Source: Felis catus (Eukaryota). From it: DNA of 64,000 nucleotides. The notes beneath the pieces are model-generated. The model was not told the DNA's origin and ran no database searches. It saw only the letters and a program-made list of their open reading frames with translations. Shown here piece by piece: positions 47,392-61,461 of this stretch (the stretch's first letter is position 1; each line of letters begins with the position of its first letter). The translations under genes and the position numbers were made by a program. The DNA lies in the NCBI RefSeq assembly GCF_018350175.1, contig NC_058383.1, positions 2,294,001 to 2,358,000 on the forward strand, in the 5' to 3' direction.

Positions 47392-48954
47392 ATACGCTGT
47401 CTTAATTACTACAGATTTATAGTAAGTCCTGAAATCAGGTAGTGGTGTATTCTTTGTTATTCTTTTACAAAGTTGTTGTGGCTACTCTTGATTCTTTGCA
47501 TTTCCATATACGTTTCAGAATCAAATAGTCAATTTCGACAAAAAGCCTGCTAGCATTCTGACAGGGATTCTATTTAACCTTTAGATCAATTAGGGGAGAA
47601 CAGACATATTGACGTATCGAGTCTTCTGACTCCTGTACATGGTATATCCTTCTGTTTATTTAGGTCTTCTATTTACCTAGCATTCACACACCTATTTCTT
47701 TAGATCTCAGTTATGTTTTTGTTAGTTTTCAGTAAATTTCAAGATTTTGCACAGCTTTTATTAAATTTAACCGCAAGTAGTTCAGATTTTTGATGCTATT
47801 GTAAAGGCTATGTTTATGCCAATTTTTGATTATTCACTGCTAATACATTAAAATACAATTGTTTTAAAGACTTAAATTGAGAAGAAGGTACGGTTTGCCC
47901 TTACACCTGGTGCCCCCAAACACCCACCATCTCCCTGATCAACATCATTCACGAGAATGGACCTTTTATTTTTAAACCAAGGATGAACCTACACCGACAC
48001 ATGATCACCCAAAGTCCATGGTTTACCTTCGGGCTCACTTTCGGTGGTGCACCTTGTAGGTGTTGGGACAGAAGTATAATAACATCTTTCTATAATACAA
48101 CTGCACACGGAGCATTTCTACCGTTTTAGGAAATCCTTGTGCCTGTCTACTCATCGCCCTTACCACGTGCCAGCCGCGATTTTTATTGTTTCCTATTTCT
48201 GCCTCTTCCAGAATGTCACATGGACGCAACCCTACGGTACGGAGCCTTTCCACACGGTTTCTTTCACTTGACAATATGTATCTAAGGTGCCTCACGTCTG
48301 CTCATGGCTCCACAGCTCATTTCTTTTATTAAAAAAAGTTCTTTTTGCGCCCACTGTGGGGACAGGGTGTGCCCAGCTCGCCTTGGACACCAGGCACTTC
48401 TCCTCCCTTCTTCTCTCCTCAAAGGCTCCGAAGCTCCCTTCTTGTTCGAGTTGAAGAAGACTGCACTGTCTGGATGGACTAGAGTTTAGTAATTCACTCA
48501 CCTACCGAAAGACATCTTACTTGTTACACTTAGTTGTAAGTTTCGGCAGTTACAAATAAAGCTGCTATAAATACCCATGTTCTTTTTATTTATTTTATTT
48601 TGTTTTTGTGCGGATATATGTTTCGATTCCTTTGGGTAAATGCCTCAGAGCAGGACTACTGAATCATACGCTGAGAGCACGTTTAACTTTGTAAGCAGCA
48701 CCACGGTGGCTTCCGGAGTGGCCGTGCCACCTTGCATTCCCCCCAGCCATGTTTGACAATTCCCGTTGTTATACGCCCTTGAGCATCCTTCCATGTGTCT
48801 ATTTGCCATCTGTGTATCTTTCCTGGTGTGGTGTCTGTTAAGGTCTTTATTCCACCTTTTAATCAGGTTGTTTTTTTTATTATTGAGTTTCAAGAGTTCT
48901 TTGTATTAAGGATACCATACCTTCAACAGATCCTGCAAATGTTTTCAAAAAAAA

Positions 48955-49145
48955 ATTTTTAATGTTTATTTTTGAGAGAGTGTGCGCACGTGCATGAGTC
49001 GAGGAAGGGAAGAGGGAGAAGGGGACAGAGGATCTAAAGCAGGCTCTGTGCTGACAGCCTGATGCGGGGCTTGAATTCACGAACCGTGAGATTACAACCT
49101 GATCTGAAGTCAGACGCTTAACCAGCTGACCCACCCGGGCACCCC
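48955..49145 (-). mobile_element. CanSINE
   Basis: Poly-T, GA segment, head ending cccacccgggcacccc. Confidence 0.88.
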
Positions 49146-49986
49146 ATCTGTTTCTCTGTTCTTCTGTCAAGGCCACACTGCCTTGATTAACGTGGCTTTA
49201 CAGTGAGTCTTAAAGTTGGGTAGCATCACTCCTCCAAATGTGTCCTTCCCCTTCAATAGTGTGGTGGCTGTTCTGGGTCTCTTGCCTCTCCATAGAAACA
49301 TTAGAATCAGTTTGTCAATATCCATAAAATAATGTGCTGGGATTTTGACTGGCATCGAATTGAATCTATAGATCAAACTGGGAAAAAGTAACATCTTGAA
49401 AATATTCAGGCTTCCTATCCACAGACACGGAATATGATTTAGCTCTTAAATTCTGTTCACCTAAACTTTGTAGTTTTCCCCATATAGATCTTGTACATAT
49501 TTTGTAATCAGAATTATACCTTAGTATTTCACTCTAAGGGTCTTAACATAAATTAAATTGTGTTTTAAATGTAAGCCACTTGTTCCATTATTGGCACATA
49601 TGAAAGCAACTGACTTTTGCATATTAACCTCGCATCTTGCAACCATGCTATCACAGCTTAGTAGTTCCAGGATTTTTTTTTTTTTTTTTTGGTTAATTCT
49701 TTTGGATTTTCTACATAGGTGATCACGTCATCTGCAAACAAAGACAGTTTTAGGTCTTCTTCCCTAGTATGTATACTTTTTACCTCCCTTCCTTGCCTAC
49801 TGCAATAGCATGGACTTACAGTGTGATGCTGGTAAGGAGTGGAGAAGGGGTCCCCATGCCTCATCCTTGATCTTTATGGGAAAGCTTTGTCACCACGAAG
49901 TGTGCTACTAGCTGTAGGTTCTTTTGAAAGATAGTCCTTATCAAGTTGAAAAAGCTCCGTTCTATTCCTAGTTTAATGAGGGGTTG

Positions 49987-49987
<1 letters not shown>

Positions 49988-50024
<37 letters not shown>
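49988..50024. repeat. (TTA)n microsatellite
   Basis: About 12 TTA units inside L1 sequence. Confidence 0.92.
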
Positions 50025-50653
50025 GAATGAGTATTCATTTTGCCAGATCTCTTTTCTGTAGCTATTTACAGGATCATGTAATTTTTATTTTTTTGAGTCT
50101 GTTGACATGGTAGATTACATTAATTGACTTTTGAATGGTGAACTGGCCTTGCACACTTGGTATAAATCCCACTTGGTCAGCTTTTTATACTTTTTCTGGA
50201 TTTGCTTTGCTATTTTGTTGAAGATGTTTGCATTTATATTCATGAGAGATATTGTTCTCTAGTTTTCTTTTCTTGGAATGTTTTTGGTTTTGGTATTAGA
50301 GTAATGCTGGCCTAATGAAATGAATTATGAAGTATTCCCCCTGCTTCTATCCTCTCAAAGAGATTGTGGAGAACTGCTAAATTTCCTCCTTAAAGGTTTG
50401 GCAGAATTCACCAGTCAACCCATCTGGGCCTGGTGCTTTTGGTTTGGAAAGGTTATTGACTCAATTTCTTTAATAGACATAAGTCTATTCATATCATCTA
50501 TCTCTTCTTGTGCTAGTTTTGGCAGATTTTATGTTTCAAGAAATTGGTTCATTTTATCTAGGTTATCAAATTTGTGGAAATAAGAGTCGCTTGCGGTATT
50601 CTTTTATTATCTATTCAATTTCCATGGGATCTGTAGTGATGTCCCCTCTTTCA

Positions 50654-50878
50654 TTTATTTTATTTATTTATTTTCTTAAACATTTATTCGTTTTTGAGAG
50701 GCAGAGAGAGACAGAGCACAAGTGGGGGAGGAATAGAGAAAGAGGGAGACACAGAATCCAAAGCAGGCTCCAGGCTCTGAGCTGTCAGCACAGAGTCTGA
50801 CGCGGGGCTCCAACTCATGAGTTGTGAGATCATGACCTAAGTCAGATGCTTAACCAAGTGAGCCACCCAGGCACCCCC
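50654..50878 (-). mobile_element. CanSINE at an L1-L1 junction
   Basis: Full element with no evident TSD. Confidence 0.9.
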
Positions 50879-51859
50879 AGTAATCCTATTTTTAATATTT
50901 TGATGAATTATCATACTGTTTCCCACAGCAGCCACACCATTTAATATCCCAACATCAGCATTACACAGGATCCTGATTTCTCCACATCCTTGCCAGAAGT
51001 TGTTCTTTTCTGTTATTTTTATTGTGGTGATCCTAGTGGGCAGGAAACATTATTCCACTGTGGTTTTGATTCACCCTTCTGTAATAATCAGTGGCGTTGA
51101 GCATCTTCTTATGCTTATTGACCATTTGTTTAGCTTCTCTGGAGAAAAGTCTATTCAAGTCTAATGTCCACTTTTGAACTGGATAGCTTTTTTGTTGTTC
51201 AGTTTTGAGAATTCTCAGTACAGTCTCGATATTAACCTCTCATCACATACCTAACTTGCAAATATTTTCTCCCATTCTCTGGGTAGCTCTCTTACTCGGC
51301 CGATTAGTGTCTTCTGATGTGCAAAATTTAAAATTTTTCACGTAGAGTCGATTTTGTCTGTGTTTTTCTTTTGCTGCCTCTATCTTTGGTGTCCTATCCA
51401 AGAAATGACTTCCAAATCCCATGTCATGAAGTTTTGCCCTATGTTCTCTTCAAAGTTTTATAGTGTTAGGTCTTACGTTTAGGCCTAAGATACACTTTGA
51501 GTTAACTTTTGTATACAGTGTTAGATAATGGTCCAACTTTACTCTTTTACATGTGGGTTTCCAGTTTTCCCAGTCCCATTGGTTGAAAAGACCATTCTGT
51601 CCCTGATGAGTGTTCCTGGCACCCTTGTCAAAAATCATTTGAATGCAGCACAAGGATTTGATTCTGGGTTTCCTATTGTATTCCACTGGTCGATGTGTCT
51701 GTCTTTATGCAAGTAACACACTATTTTGGTCACTGTGGTTTTATAGTAAGTTGTGAAATCAGGAAGGGAGTACTCCTCTTTGTTCTTCTTTTCCAAGATT
51801 GTTTTAGCTATTTGGGGTCCCTTGAGATTTCATAGGAGTTTCACAAGGAGTATTTCTCT

Positions 51860-51984
51860 TTTATTATTTACTTATTTATTTATTATTTCTTATTTTAAGT
51901 AAGCTCCGTGCCCAACATAGGGCTTGAACTCACGACCTGAGATTGGGATGTATGCTATACTAACGCAGCCAGCCAGGCACCCCC
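51860..51984 (-). mobile_element. Short CanSINE
   Basis: (TTTA)n tail and head ...gcagccagccaggcacccc. Confidence 0.8.
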
Positions 51985-52893
51985 TCTTTTTTTATTATTA
52001 ATAGAAAAAAGATCATTAAGATTTTGACAGGGATTACACTGAAACTGTAGTTCGCTTTGGGTAGTACTGACATTTTAAAATATTAAATTTTCTAATACGT
52101 GGACATGAGATGTGCTTCCATTTATTTGTATCTTCTTTAATTTCTTTCAGCACTGTTTTGCCGTTTTCAGTCACATGTCTTTTACTTCCTTGGTTAATTC
52201 TAAGTAATTCTTTTTTGATGCTACTGTAAATGGAATTATTTTCATAATTTCCTTTTCAGATCATTCACTATTAGTGTATAAAAATGCAAATGATTTCTGC
52301 ACGCTTACTTTGTATCTTGCTACTTTGCTGAGTTAACATTAATTAGTTCAAACAAAATTTTTGTGGAATCTTTAGGGTTTTCCTCCTATAAAATCATATT
52401 ATCTATGAGCAGAGATGACTTTACTTCTTCCTTTCCCATTTGGAGGCTTCTGTTTCCTTTCCTTGGCTACCGCTCTGGCTAGAACTTCTGGTATTTCACT
52501 GACTAGGACGGTGCTCGAAGGTGGCCTTGTCTTGTTGTTGGTCTCAGAGGAAAACCTTTCAAGTCTCTCACCACTTAGAATGGTGTTAGATTTTATTACG
52601 TGGAAGTAATTTCCATTTATTCGTAGTGTGTTGACTGTGTTTATCAGAGGTATTGAATTCTGTCAAATGTTTTTTCTGCATCAAGAACATCATGTGTTCT
52701 TTTCTCCTTCGCTCTGTTCATGTGGTATATTACAATTACCAACTTGCTTGTGTTGGTATCATCCTTGCATTCTCAAAATAAATTGCACTTGGCCATGGTG
52801 TACAATCCTTCTAATAGGCTGCTGAATTTGGTTTATTAGTATTTTGTTGAAGATTTCTGCATTTGTGTTTATAAGGGATACTGGTCTGTAGTG

Positions 52894-53128
52894 TTTTTTT
52901 TTTTTAAGTTGTTTTTCAACGTTTATTTATTTTTGAGAGAGAGAGCGAGCGAGCAAGCACGAGCAGGGGAGGGGCAGAGAGAGACAGAGGGAGACACAGA
53001 ATCTGAAGCAGGCTCCAGGCTCCCGGGTGTCAGCACAGAGCCAGACGCGGGGCTGGAACCCACGAACCGTTAGATCATGACCTGAGCTAAAGTTGGATGC
53101 TCAACCGACTGAGCCACCCAGGTGCCCC
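52894..53128 (-). mobile_element. CanSINE
   Basis: TSD ctggtctgtagt. Confidence 0.94.
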
Positions 53129-53259
53129 TGGTCTGTAGTCTTCTTATAGTCTTTGGCTTCAGTATCAGGGTCATGATGGCCTCATGGAGTGAGTTAGGAA
53201 GTACTCCCCTCCCCTTCCCTGAAGTTTTTGGAAAAGTTTTAGAAGCACTGGTATCATTT

Positions 53260-53443
53260 GGGGGGGGGGGGGGAGAGAGAGAGCGCGCGCGTGCAAGAGC
53301 ACACACATAAAGTGAGTGGGGGGAGGGGCAGAGAGAGAGTCCCAAACAGAGCCCAAGGTGGGGCTCAATCCCATGAACCACGAGATCATGACTTGAGCTG
53401 CAATCAAGAGGCAGACGCTCCCCTGACTGAGCCCCCTGGGCGC
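53260..53443 (-). mobile_element. CanSINE (degenerate)
   Basis: gggctcaatcccatgaaccacgagatcatgac...gactgagccccctgggcgc. Confidence 0.8.
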
Positions 53444-54219
53444 TCTGGCATGAGTTCTTTGTAAAATGTTTGCTAGAATGCACCATGGAAGGCCGTACGG
53501 CATCAGGACCAGGGCTGTTCTCTGTCAGATTTCTCGTTACTGCTTCGACATCCTTGCCAGGTCCGTTTAGATTTCCCATTTCTACATAATTTAGTCTTGG
53601 TAGGTTGTGTATTTCTAGGAGTTTGTCTCATTTCGTCCAGGCATCAAAGTTGTTGGTGTACAACTGTCCCTTTTACAATCCTTTCTATTTCTGTAGAATC
53701 AGTAATAAGTCCTCATTTTCATTTCTGATTTCAGAACCTGAATCTTCTTTTTGTCTTCGTCCATCTAGCTAAAAGTTTGTTGATGTGTTGATCTTTTGAA
53801 GAACTTTGCTTTTATTGATTTTCTTTATTGTCTTTCTATTCTCTATTTCATTTACCTCTTCTCTAATCTTTTACTTCTCCCCTTCTGCTAACTAGCTTTG
53901 GATTTAGTTCATTCTTCTATTTCCTTCAGTTGTAAAATTAGGTTGATTTGAGGTCTTTGTTTTTTAATGTCAGCATTTATAGCCAAAAATTTCCCCTTTA
54001 GCACACTGTTTTTACTGAGCTCTGGAAGTCTTGGTATGTTGTTTTTGTTTTCATTCATTTCTAAGTATTTTAGGATTTCCCATGTGATTTCTTCTCTGAT
54101 CCATTGGTTCAGAGTGCGTTGTTTAATAGCTACAGATTTACGAATTTTCCAGTTTCACTTCTATTACTGATTTCTAACTTCATCCTGTTGTGATTGGAGA
54201 AGGTAATTTGTAGGATATA

Positions 54220-54855
54220 TTTTTTAATGTTAAAAAAGTTTTTTTAATGTCTATTTATTTTTGAGAGAGAGGGAGACAGAGAATGCGCAGGGGAGGTGAA
54301 GAGAGAGGGGGGGACACAGAGGCGAAGCAGGCTCCAGGCTCTGAGTTGTCACCACAGAGCCAAACGTGGGGCTCAAACTCATGAACTGTGAGATCATGAC
54401 CTGAGCTAAAGTCAGATGCTTATTAATCAACTGAGTCCCCCAGGTGCCCTGATGTTCTTTTTAAATGCTATTTATTTTAGAGACAGAGCGCACGTGAGCA
54501 GAAGAGGGGCAGAGAGAGAGGGGGCCAGAGGATGCAAAGCGGACTCTGTGCTAACAGAAGACAGCCTGATGTGGGGCTCAAAGCCGAAGTTGGCCACTTA
54601 ACTGACTGGGCCACCCAGATGTCCCTGTATGATATATCTTTTTAAAACTACTGAGACTTAGGGGCGGCTCAGTTGGTTGAATGTCCGACTTCGGTTCAGG
54701 TCATGATCTCACGGTCCGTGGGTTCGAGCCCCGCGTAGGGCTCCGTGCTGATGACTCAGAGCCTGAAGCCTGCTTCGGATTCTGTGTCTCCCTCTCTTTC
54801 AGCCCCTCCCCCACTTTGTGCTCGGGCTCTCAAAAACAAATAAATGTAAAAAAAA
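54220..54855. mobile_element. Cluster of three CanSINEs (54220-54450 -, 54455-54625 -, 54661-54855 +)
   Basis: Three separate heads and tails; the last two are arranged head to head. Confidence 0.88.
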
Positions 54856-55219
54856 TGTTTTTAAGTCTTTTTTGTGGGTTATCAGTATAGCCATCTTACT
54901 CTCTTCTGCTAACTATCTACACGGAATGTTATTCTTTTCCATCCTTTCACTTCTAATCTACCCGTGCCTTTGGGTTTAAAGTGAGTCTCTTGCAGACAGG
55001 AAACAGTTGGACCATTTCATCCATTCTGCCAGTCTCTGTCGTTTGATGGGAGTTTAATCAACGTAGACTTAAAATAATTACTGGTGAGAACGTCCCTACT
55101 GTCACTTTGCGATTTGTTTTCTATACACCTTGGAGTTTTTGTTCATTTCCTGCATTACTATCTTCTTTAGTGTTTAGTTGAAAGTAGTGAAACGTTTCTT
55201 GCTTTCTCATTTCTGTGTA

Positions 55220-56460
55220 TAAAAGAGAATGAACTACCAATAATGTAACAACATAGATCAATCTCACAGTCCTTATGTCGAGCAAGTAAACCAGATTTAA
55301 GGGCACAAAATAAATTATTCCAGTTAAATGAACTTCAAAAACAGGTAAAAGACTCATCTATAGTGCTAAAAATCTACACAGTGGTATCACCTGGGAAGAA
55401 GCAGGAGGAACCTTCTGAGCTGCTGAAAATGTTTTTTTTTTTTTTAATTTTTTTTTTTTAACGTTTATTTATTTTTGAGACAGAGCATGAACGGGGGAGG
55501 GTCAGAGAGAGAGGGAGACACAGAATCTGAAACAGGCTGTAGGCTCTGAGCAGTCAGCACAGAGCCCGACGCGGGGCTCGAAATCACGGACCGTGAGATC
55601 ATGACCTGAGCCGAAGTCGGATGCTTAACCGACTGAGCCACCCAGGCGCCCCTGCTGAAAATGTTTTTTATCTTAGTCTAGGTGGTGGTTATAGGAGTAT
55701 ATATACCCAGGTAAAATTCACTGAGGTGTATACACTTAAGATTTCTTCGTTTTATGTATGTAACTTATTTTTCAGTTAGTAAGAAAATGAGATACCTCTC
55801 TACACGGTCCACAAAGTAACTACACGAAAAGGACAAATACCACGCGAGGAGGTGGAGTGGCTGAGCTTGAACTCTGCTGGTGGAGCAGAAATGGATACAA
55901 ACGCTGTGAAAGGGCTCGTAAAACGGAATACGTGCCCATCCTCTGTCCGATTCCGGATACTCCTGGCAGAGATGCTTACGTCTCTTCATCAAGACACGTG
56001 CTCGGATATTCACAGCGACACGTTCAGTACAAATCCCGATGCCCATCAACAGGAGAGTGTATATTAAGTGTCCTACCTTCACATACTGGAACACCATACA
56101 CTACTGAGAATGGGGGATGCACAACCACCTGCCACGACATGAAGCCATCTCAGAAAACACGATGCTAAAGGAGACAAGACAGTTACAAGAGAGGAAATAC
56201 TCTATGATGCCACATATGGTGAGTACTCTTCTATGCGTTAGAGGTCGGCACTGGTAACATCTGGAGAGTGGGAGGTAATGACCCAAGAAAACGGGACCTG
56301 GGGTACCGGTAATTTTGTGTCCTGATTTGTGCTAATCACACCGATGTGTTCAGTTTGTGACAACTAAGTGAGTTAACACATACATACTTCTTTTTTATAT
56401 GTAACATAACTGCACAGATGTGTGTATGCAAACACGCACGCATATATACACGTGTGTAAC
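55220..56460 (+). mobile_element. Old L1 3' UTR fragments (sense)
   Basis: atgaactac...atcaatctcaca, aaatcccgatgcccatcaacaggaga and gttcagtttgtgaca are L1M 3' motifs. Confidence 0.65.
55432..55652 (-). mobile_element. CanSINE
   Basis: TSD tgctgaaaatgtttttt. Confidence 0.94.
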
Positions 56461-56554
56461 AAAATCTCCAACAAAAATATTTAAAATACGAAACAGGGAA
56501 AAGTAACAGGCAGTGGTAGGTGAGGTTGTGATGTTAGTCAACAAAGTCAGGGAA

Positions 56555-56790
56555 GGAGCACCTGCGTGGCTCAGTCAGCTAAGCTTTCTGACTCTTGATT
56601 TCAGCTCAGGTCGTGATCGCATGATTCACGAGTTCAAGCCCTGCATCAGGCTCCGTGCTGACGGCGTGGAGCCTGCTTGGTATTCATTCTCATTCATTCT
56701 CTTTCTCTCTCTCTCTCTCTCCCTCTCTCCCCCACCCAGCCCCTTCTCCACTTGTGTGCGCTCGCTCTCTCAAAATAAATAAACTTGAAA
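56555..56790 (+). mobile_element. CanSINE inserted in an L2 relic
   Basis: TSD aagtcagggaa. Confidence 0.9.
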
Positions 56791-56794
56791 AACA

Positions 56795-56990
56795 AGTCAG
56801 GGAAAACTTCCCTGAGAAGGTAACATTTGAGTCAACCTCTGTAAGATGTAGGAGGAAGCCTATGCCAGGCAGAGAGAACACCAAGTGCAAAGGCCCTGAG
56901 GCCAGATTGTGCTCTGAATGTCGATGGAGTTGCAAGAAGGCCCGAGTGAGGAGAGTGGATGAGATGCAGGGGCAGGAGGTGGGAGTCGGC
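56795..56990. mobile_element. L2 relic
   Basis: cctgagaaggtaacatttgag...ccaggcagagagaacaccaagtgcaaaggccctgagg is typical of L2. Confidence 0.72.
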
Positions 56991-59743
56991 TCGTTAAATC
57001 ACCAAATGTCTTAACTGTATCGAGTGCAGCTAACACACAAAGTTTAGCAACTTTAAGAGCGAAGTCAGCACCTGTTACTGAATAGGCCTTTAGACTTACA
57101 CTGGTCTTCCTTTCTACACAAGCCCCTTTCAAAAGATGAATAGGACCAAACAAGTCGCATCTATTAATTGTTCCCTTGAAAAAAAAAAAGAAAAAAAAAA
57201 AAGACAAGGTTGCACCTACTTCGGAAGTGAAATCTGTGTTTAAAGAGCCAACTTCTTCTTCCTTGGGGTTTAGCTCACGGTTCATGGCAGTCAGGCACCA
57301 TGGCACCATGTCATGGCACCATGGCAGACAGTCAGCATTTGCGGGAACTGCTGTTAGCATCACAATGACCAGTAATCGTATTCTAACAACGGTGTGAATC
57401 GTGCAGCTCCTTTACTGACGTCCCTCTTTCAAGCTGGCTGGTAACATACTTGCCTTAGAGAATCTCAGCTCTTCACCGTATTACAAATTGTGTACATTTT
57501 TACATTAAAGCTTCTCAACAGATAATACACGCATATAGTACAAAGTTCACAGAAAGGAGGGGCGTACGGAGAAACAGGTCCCCCAGCTACTCCGGTCTCT
57601 CCACGGGCAACCACCCTAACTTGTTTCCTGGGCCTTCAGGTCTTATTCTAATAGGCTTGAACGAGTTATCCCCTTTCTGCCTTTTCTTGATCTCACCGCC
57701 TGGTTTTGGGTTAAATACCACGACAGAGGTTGGCCGGAACGAGCTATCAGCCAGCCAGAACAGTCCCGGGAGACTAGGATCTAAGTAAGAAGCTCTGGAC
57801 AAAAAAGAGCAGGTCGGCAATAAGAGAAGGAAAAATCACCTGGGAATCGAGCCTGGTTCCCGCTCCTGTCGTGGCAGAACTCACGAGGACCGCGGTGCCC
57901 CGTGGGCCCCGTGCCTCAGAAGGAGCTGGGAGGCGAAGCTCTCCACCAGCACCACTGACAAGTGCAGCAGAAAAGCCAAACCGAACGCCCCGTATCCACC
58001 CAAACAGCTTCTTCTCGAGGGGGAGGGACCTTAGCGAAGGGCACCAACCACCAAATCCTGTCTGTGAATCAAGTGGAAGGTACCAGGCTTTCATGTCAGG
58101 AGGGGAAGGGGCCTCAGGCCAGTCAGCCCGGGCTGGGCATCAGAAACACCAGAAGGGGCTTTGCACATGGAGATCGCGGCTCAATTTTCTAGTGCAACAA
58201 ACACCGCGTTTGCAGGTGGGGCAACCATGGCTTTCACGGGACTCATTCACATGCCCTCCCTGGGATTCCTGTTGGGGACGGTTCTTTCCAAGAAAGACAG
58301 CAGTAACACTCCAACACCCCCAGTCACTTCTGTGGGAACTTCAAAAATCTAAAACAGAAAACAAACACGCAGACGCACACACACACAAGATTATAACACA
58401 CACGCACCCTACCACTCCACGCTTACGCGATCGGGATTGTGGTAAGGATCTTGCGCCGTTCACATACTTCCCAAATCACAGTTTGGATATGTGCCCTCCC
58501 TTTACCTGGGGCTTAGGCTTTGAGAGTGTGTCCACAGGCACGGGCTCCCCCCAGAGCACACCGAGACACACACGTGAGACGGGTCGAACTTCCCCTCGAT
58601 GATAAAGAACGAAGGCCCTGAGGCAGGTGGAAGTCAGTGGCCAGGGAGAGACCAGGCCTCTGGCTTCCCCTCTGTGCCCACCCCCCGCAAAGCACCTTCC
58701 TTCGGCCGCCCTCTGCGTCCCTATCCCGGACAACTCCCCCTGGGGCGGCACCGGCTCACCGCCGGCCCTCCCCGGCTACAGCATCGTCTGCAGTTCTGCA
58801 GCGGCCACGACACCAGCAAAGGGAAGGAACGCGTCATCTGTGAACTCAAGCTGGGCGCACAAGGCTGTTCGTGCCATAAAGAAGCTAAAGAGAAGACGCC
58901 TGACAGGGGCAACTCAGGGACAGCGTGAAAGACAGAGGAGAGGAAGGCGGCCGATGACGAGCAAGCTCAGCAAGCTGACAACAGGCCTGGGTCAGACACC
59001 AGTACCCACGACTCCCACCGGGAGCAAAACCAGGTGGGAGAAGAGGGGGCCGTGGGGCACTCCGTACTTCAGGATCATGGGCTGCTGTGGAGTCACCGAC
59101 CTCCTGTGCTCAGGCCAAACCAGGACTGACGCCAGCGCTCCAAGGACAGTCACCTTTGGCAGGAGACGTGACCTGTCCCATTAGACCGCTTGGGAAATAC
59201 GAGCGCAGGGACGGGCTCTGGAGAATTCGCTGAAACGCCCCAGAATGATGCAAAACACCCACGCAGGGGACCTCGGCCACACTGAGCTCCTTCTGTATCG
59301 AATATCGCTGACGGGATGGGATCAGAGCCTCGTTAAACAAGCTCCAACCAGAACTGGCCACCCCGGGGTACTGTGTCCACAGCACCCTGTTCCCATCACT
59401 AGCCTGGTCTTCAGAAAGTTCAGTGACGCTGGGTCACAGACAGCATACGCCAACCTGGGAAAGAAAATCCCCTAGTGTTTCAAGGACCAAAGCACCGTTC
59501 CCCTTAGCACCGGTTTCTGTAACATGATGGCAGACGAGGGGCCAAAACGGAGGATTCCTGGTCCTGTGGCTCCTCGGGGCTGAGAGCCTCCCGGAGCCCC
59601 CCTCCCGGCGATATGGCGGCGCTCCGCCTTGCCTACGCCTGATTCCCCGGGCACACGCGGACCTTGGTCCCTCTGTTCTCTCACTGGACTCTGATTTTCT
59701 CAACATTCATGGGGCTGGGATCTCCTTTAAAATAACAACTTTA

Positions 59744-59948
59744 GGGGTGCCTGGGTGACCCGGTCGAGAGTCCAACTTCAGCTCAGGTCATGATGTCATG
59801 GTTTGTGGGTTCAAGCCCCACGTGGGGCTGTGTGCTGACGGCTCGGAGCCTGGAGCCTGCTTCGGATTCTGTGTCTCCCTCTGTTTGCCCCTCCCCTGCT
59901 CACACTCTGTCTCTCGCTGTCACAAAAATAAACGTTAAAAAAAAATTA
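59744..59948 (+). mobile_element. CanSINE
   Basis: TSD aacaa(c/t)ttta. Confidence 0.92.
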
Positions 59949-61461
59949 AACAACAATTTTAAAGCCTCCTAATACTCTGGGTTCAGAACTCCTGGAAAGG
60001 GGAGGAGGACAATCCTATCTTCATTAGAAAGGCGTCCTCTCTCTAACACGTAGAAGTGTCACACATCTGGCCACGCAGCCAAACACATAAAACTTGTCTT
60101 CTTGTACCAATGAAGACGCACGGAGGGCTGAGGGGAGCAGAGGAAGAGGCTGGTTAACCGCCTCTGGGGAAGGAAGCAGGAAGAGGGATCGAGGACGGGG
60201 TCGCTGCCCTGGACTGAGCGTGCGTGCCCCCAGCCCTAACCCCCAGCGTGCTGGGCCTGGAGGCGGGGCCTTTGGGGAGTGACCGGCTTTACAGGACACC
60301 CTGAGGGGGGGGCCCATATGGGATTAGTGGCCTCCCTCCAGAGAGGAAGGGGAGAGTCCGGAGCGGGCTCTCTGGGGGCGCGGGGAGGAGGCAGGGAGGA
60401 GGGCCCTCCCAGTCTCCTGACCTAGTTACTAAATGGTCGGCCGCCCACACCCACAAGGAATCAGTGAGGAGATGCTCATACACCAACTAGCTGTTCCCAA
60501 GACTCGCCGGGATACACCTGCTCAGTCGTTAATACTGATGCTAGAAAGGCTTAGTGACTCAAAGAAAAGGCATGTTTTACCACCATCTAAGAGAAAGAAG
60601 GAAGAAAGAAAAAAGGCCTAACAACTGAACAAGTCCGCCATTTCATTTGGCTTTAATGCAACAGTCTCAGCATTTCCCTAGGGACGGCCAGAATAGAGCG
60701 ATTCTCGCTTTCTCTAGATGCCTCCTTCACTAGACACAGTCTCCTTTTCGGTCTGATGACCACTTACCCATCGTATCAGCCCAGTAGCGCCCTCCTTCCT
60801 CCCGTGCCCTTTCACCCTGCCTTCCCTTAGAGACCCGCTTGGTTAAGGTCTAACGTTCTCTAGGACACTGACCGACGGTCACGCTCAAGTGGACCTTCAC
60901 GCACAGAGGGACTGTGCTACTTCGGGCATCTGAACCCCGGTGCTCGGGGAAGCCCATGGCCCAGCGCTGCTACAGAAGAAATTCTACATCGGCAAACTAG
61001 TTTAGCGGACAGACACCGCCCACCAGGCCCGGTGCCGGGTGTTTCCACGTCTCCCGTAAAAGGAGGCAGACCGCCCCGTTGGACAGCTGAGGGACCAAAG
61101 CTCCCACAGAACGCAGCCAGATGGGCCCGAGTCCAGGGCTCCTCCCAGTCCTCAGGCTCACTGAGCAGTCGCTCGAGGGGACCACGTGTCACAAAGTCTG
61201 GGCAAAGCAGGTGGCGGTGAGGAGGGGAGGTGACACTACCACATCCTTTGAAAGGTTCAGATTAACAGCACATTTTAGTTAACCACACTTATTCAAACCT
61301 TAAAGATTTAGCAAATTGTTTTCTGTGGACTTAATTTTTACAATTCATTTAAAAGTGTTTTCATGGTTTTTTACTGATTTTTTATAAAAACAATTCTGCC
61401 ATGACTAAAATTAATCTTTGAAACCCACATTTTTTGCAATTATAGACACATATAAAATTAT

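Larger units (their letters stand above)
45870..55190 (-). mobile_element. Composite block of several antisense L1 fragments interrupted by many CanSINEs
   Basis: Long T-rich L1 ORF2 antisense sequence (gatcacgtcatctgcaaacaaagacag, ggtattagagtaatgctggcct, tttagatttcccatttct). No intact ORF. Confidence 0.88.

Noticed and set aside
45870..55190. Possible active LINE-1
   Set aside because: Fragmented, interrupted by many SINEs and without an intact ORF2.
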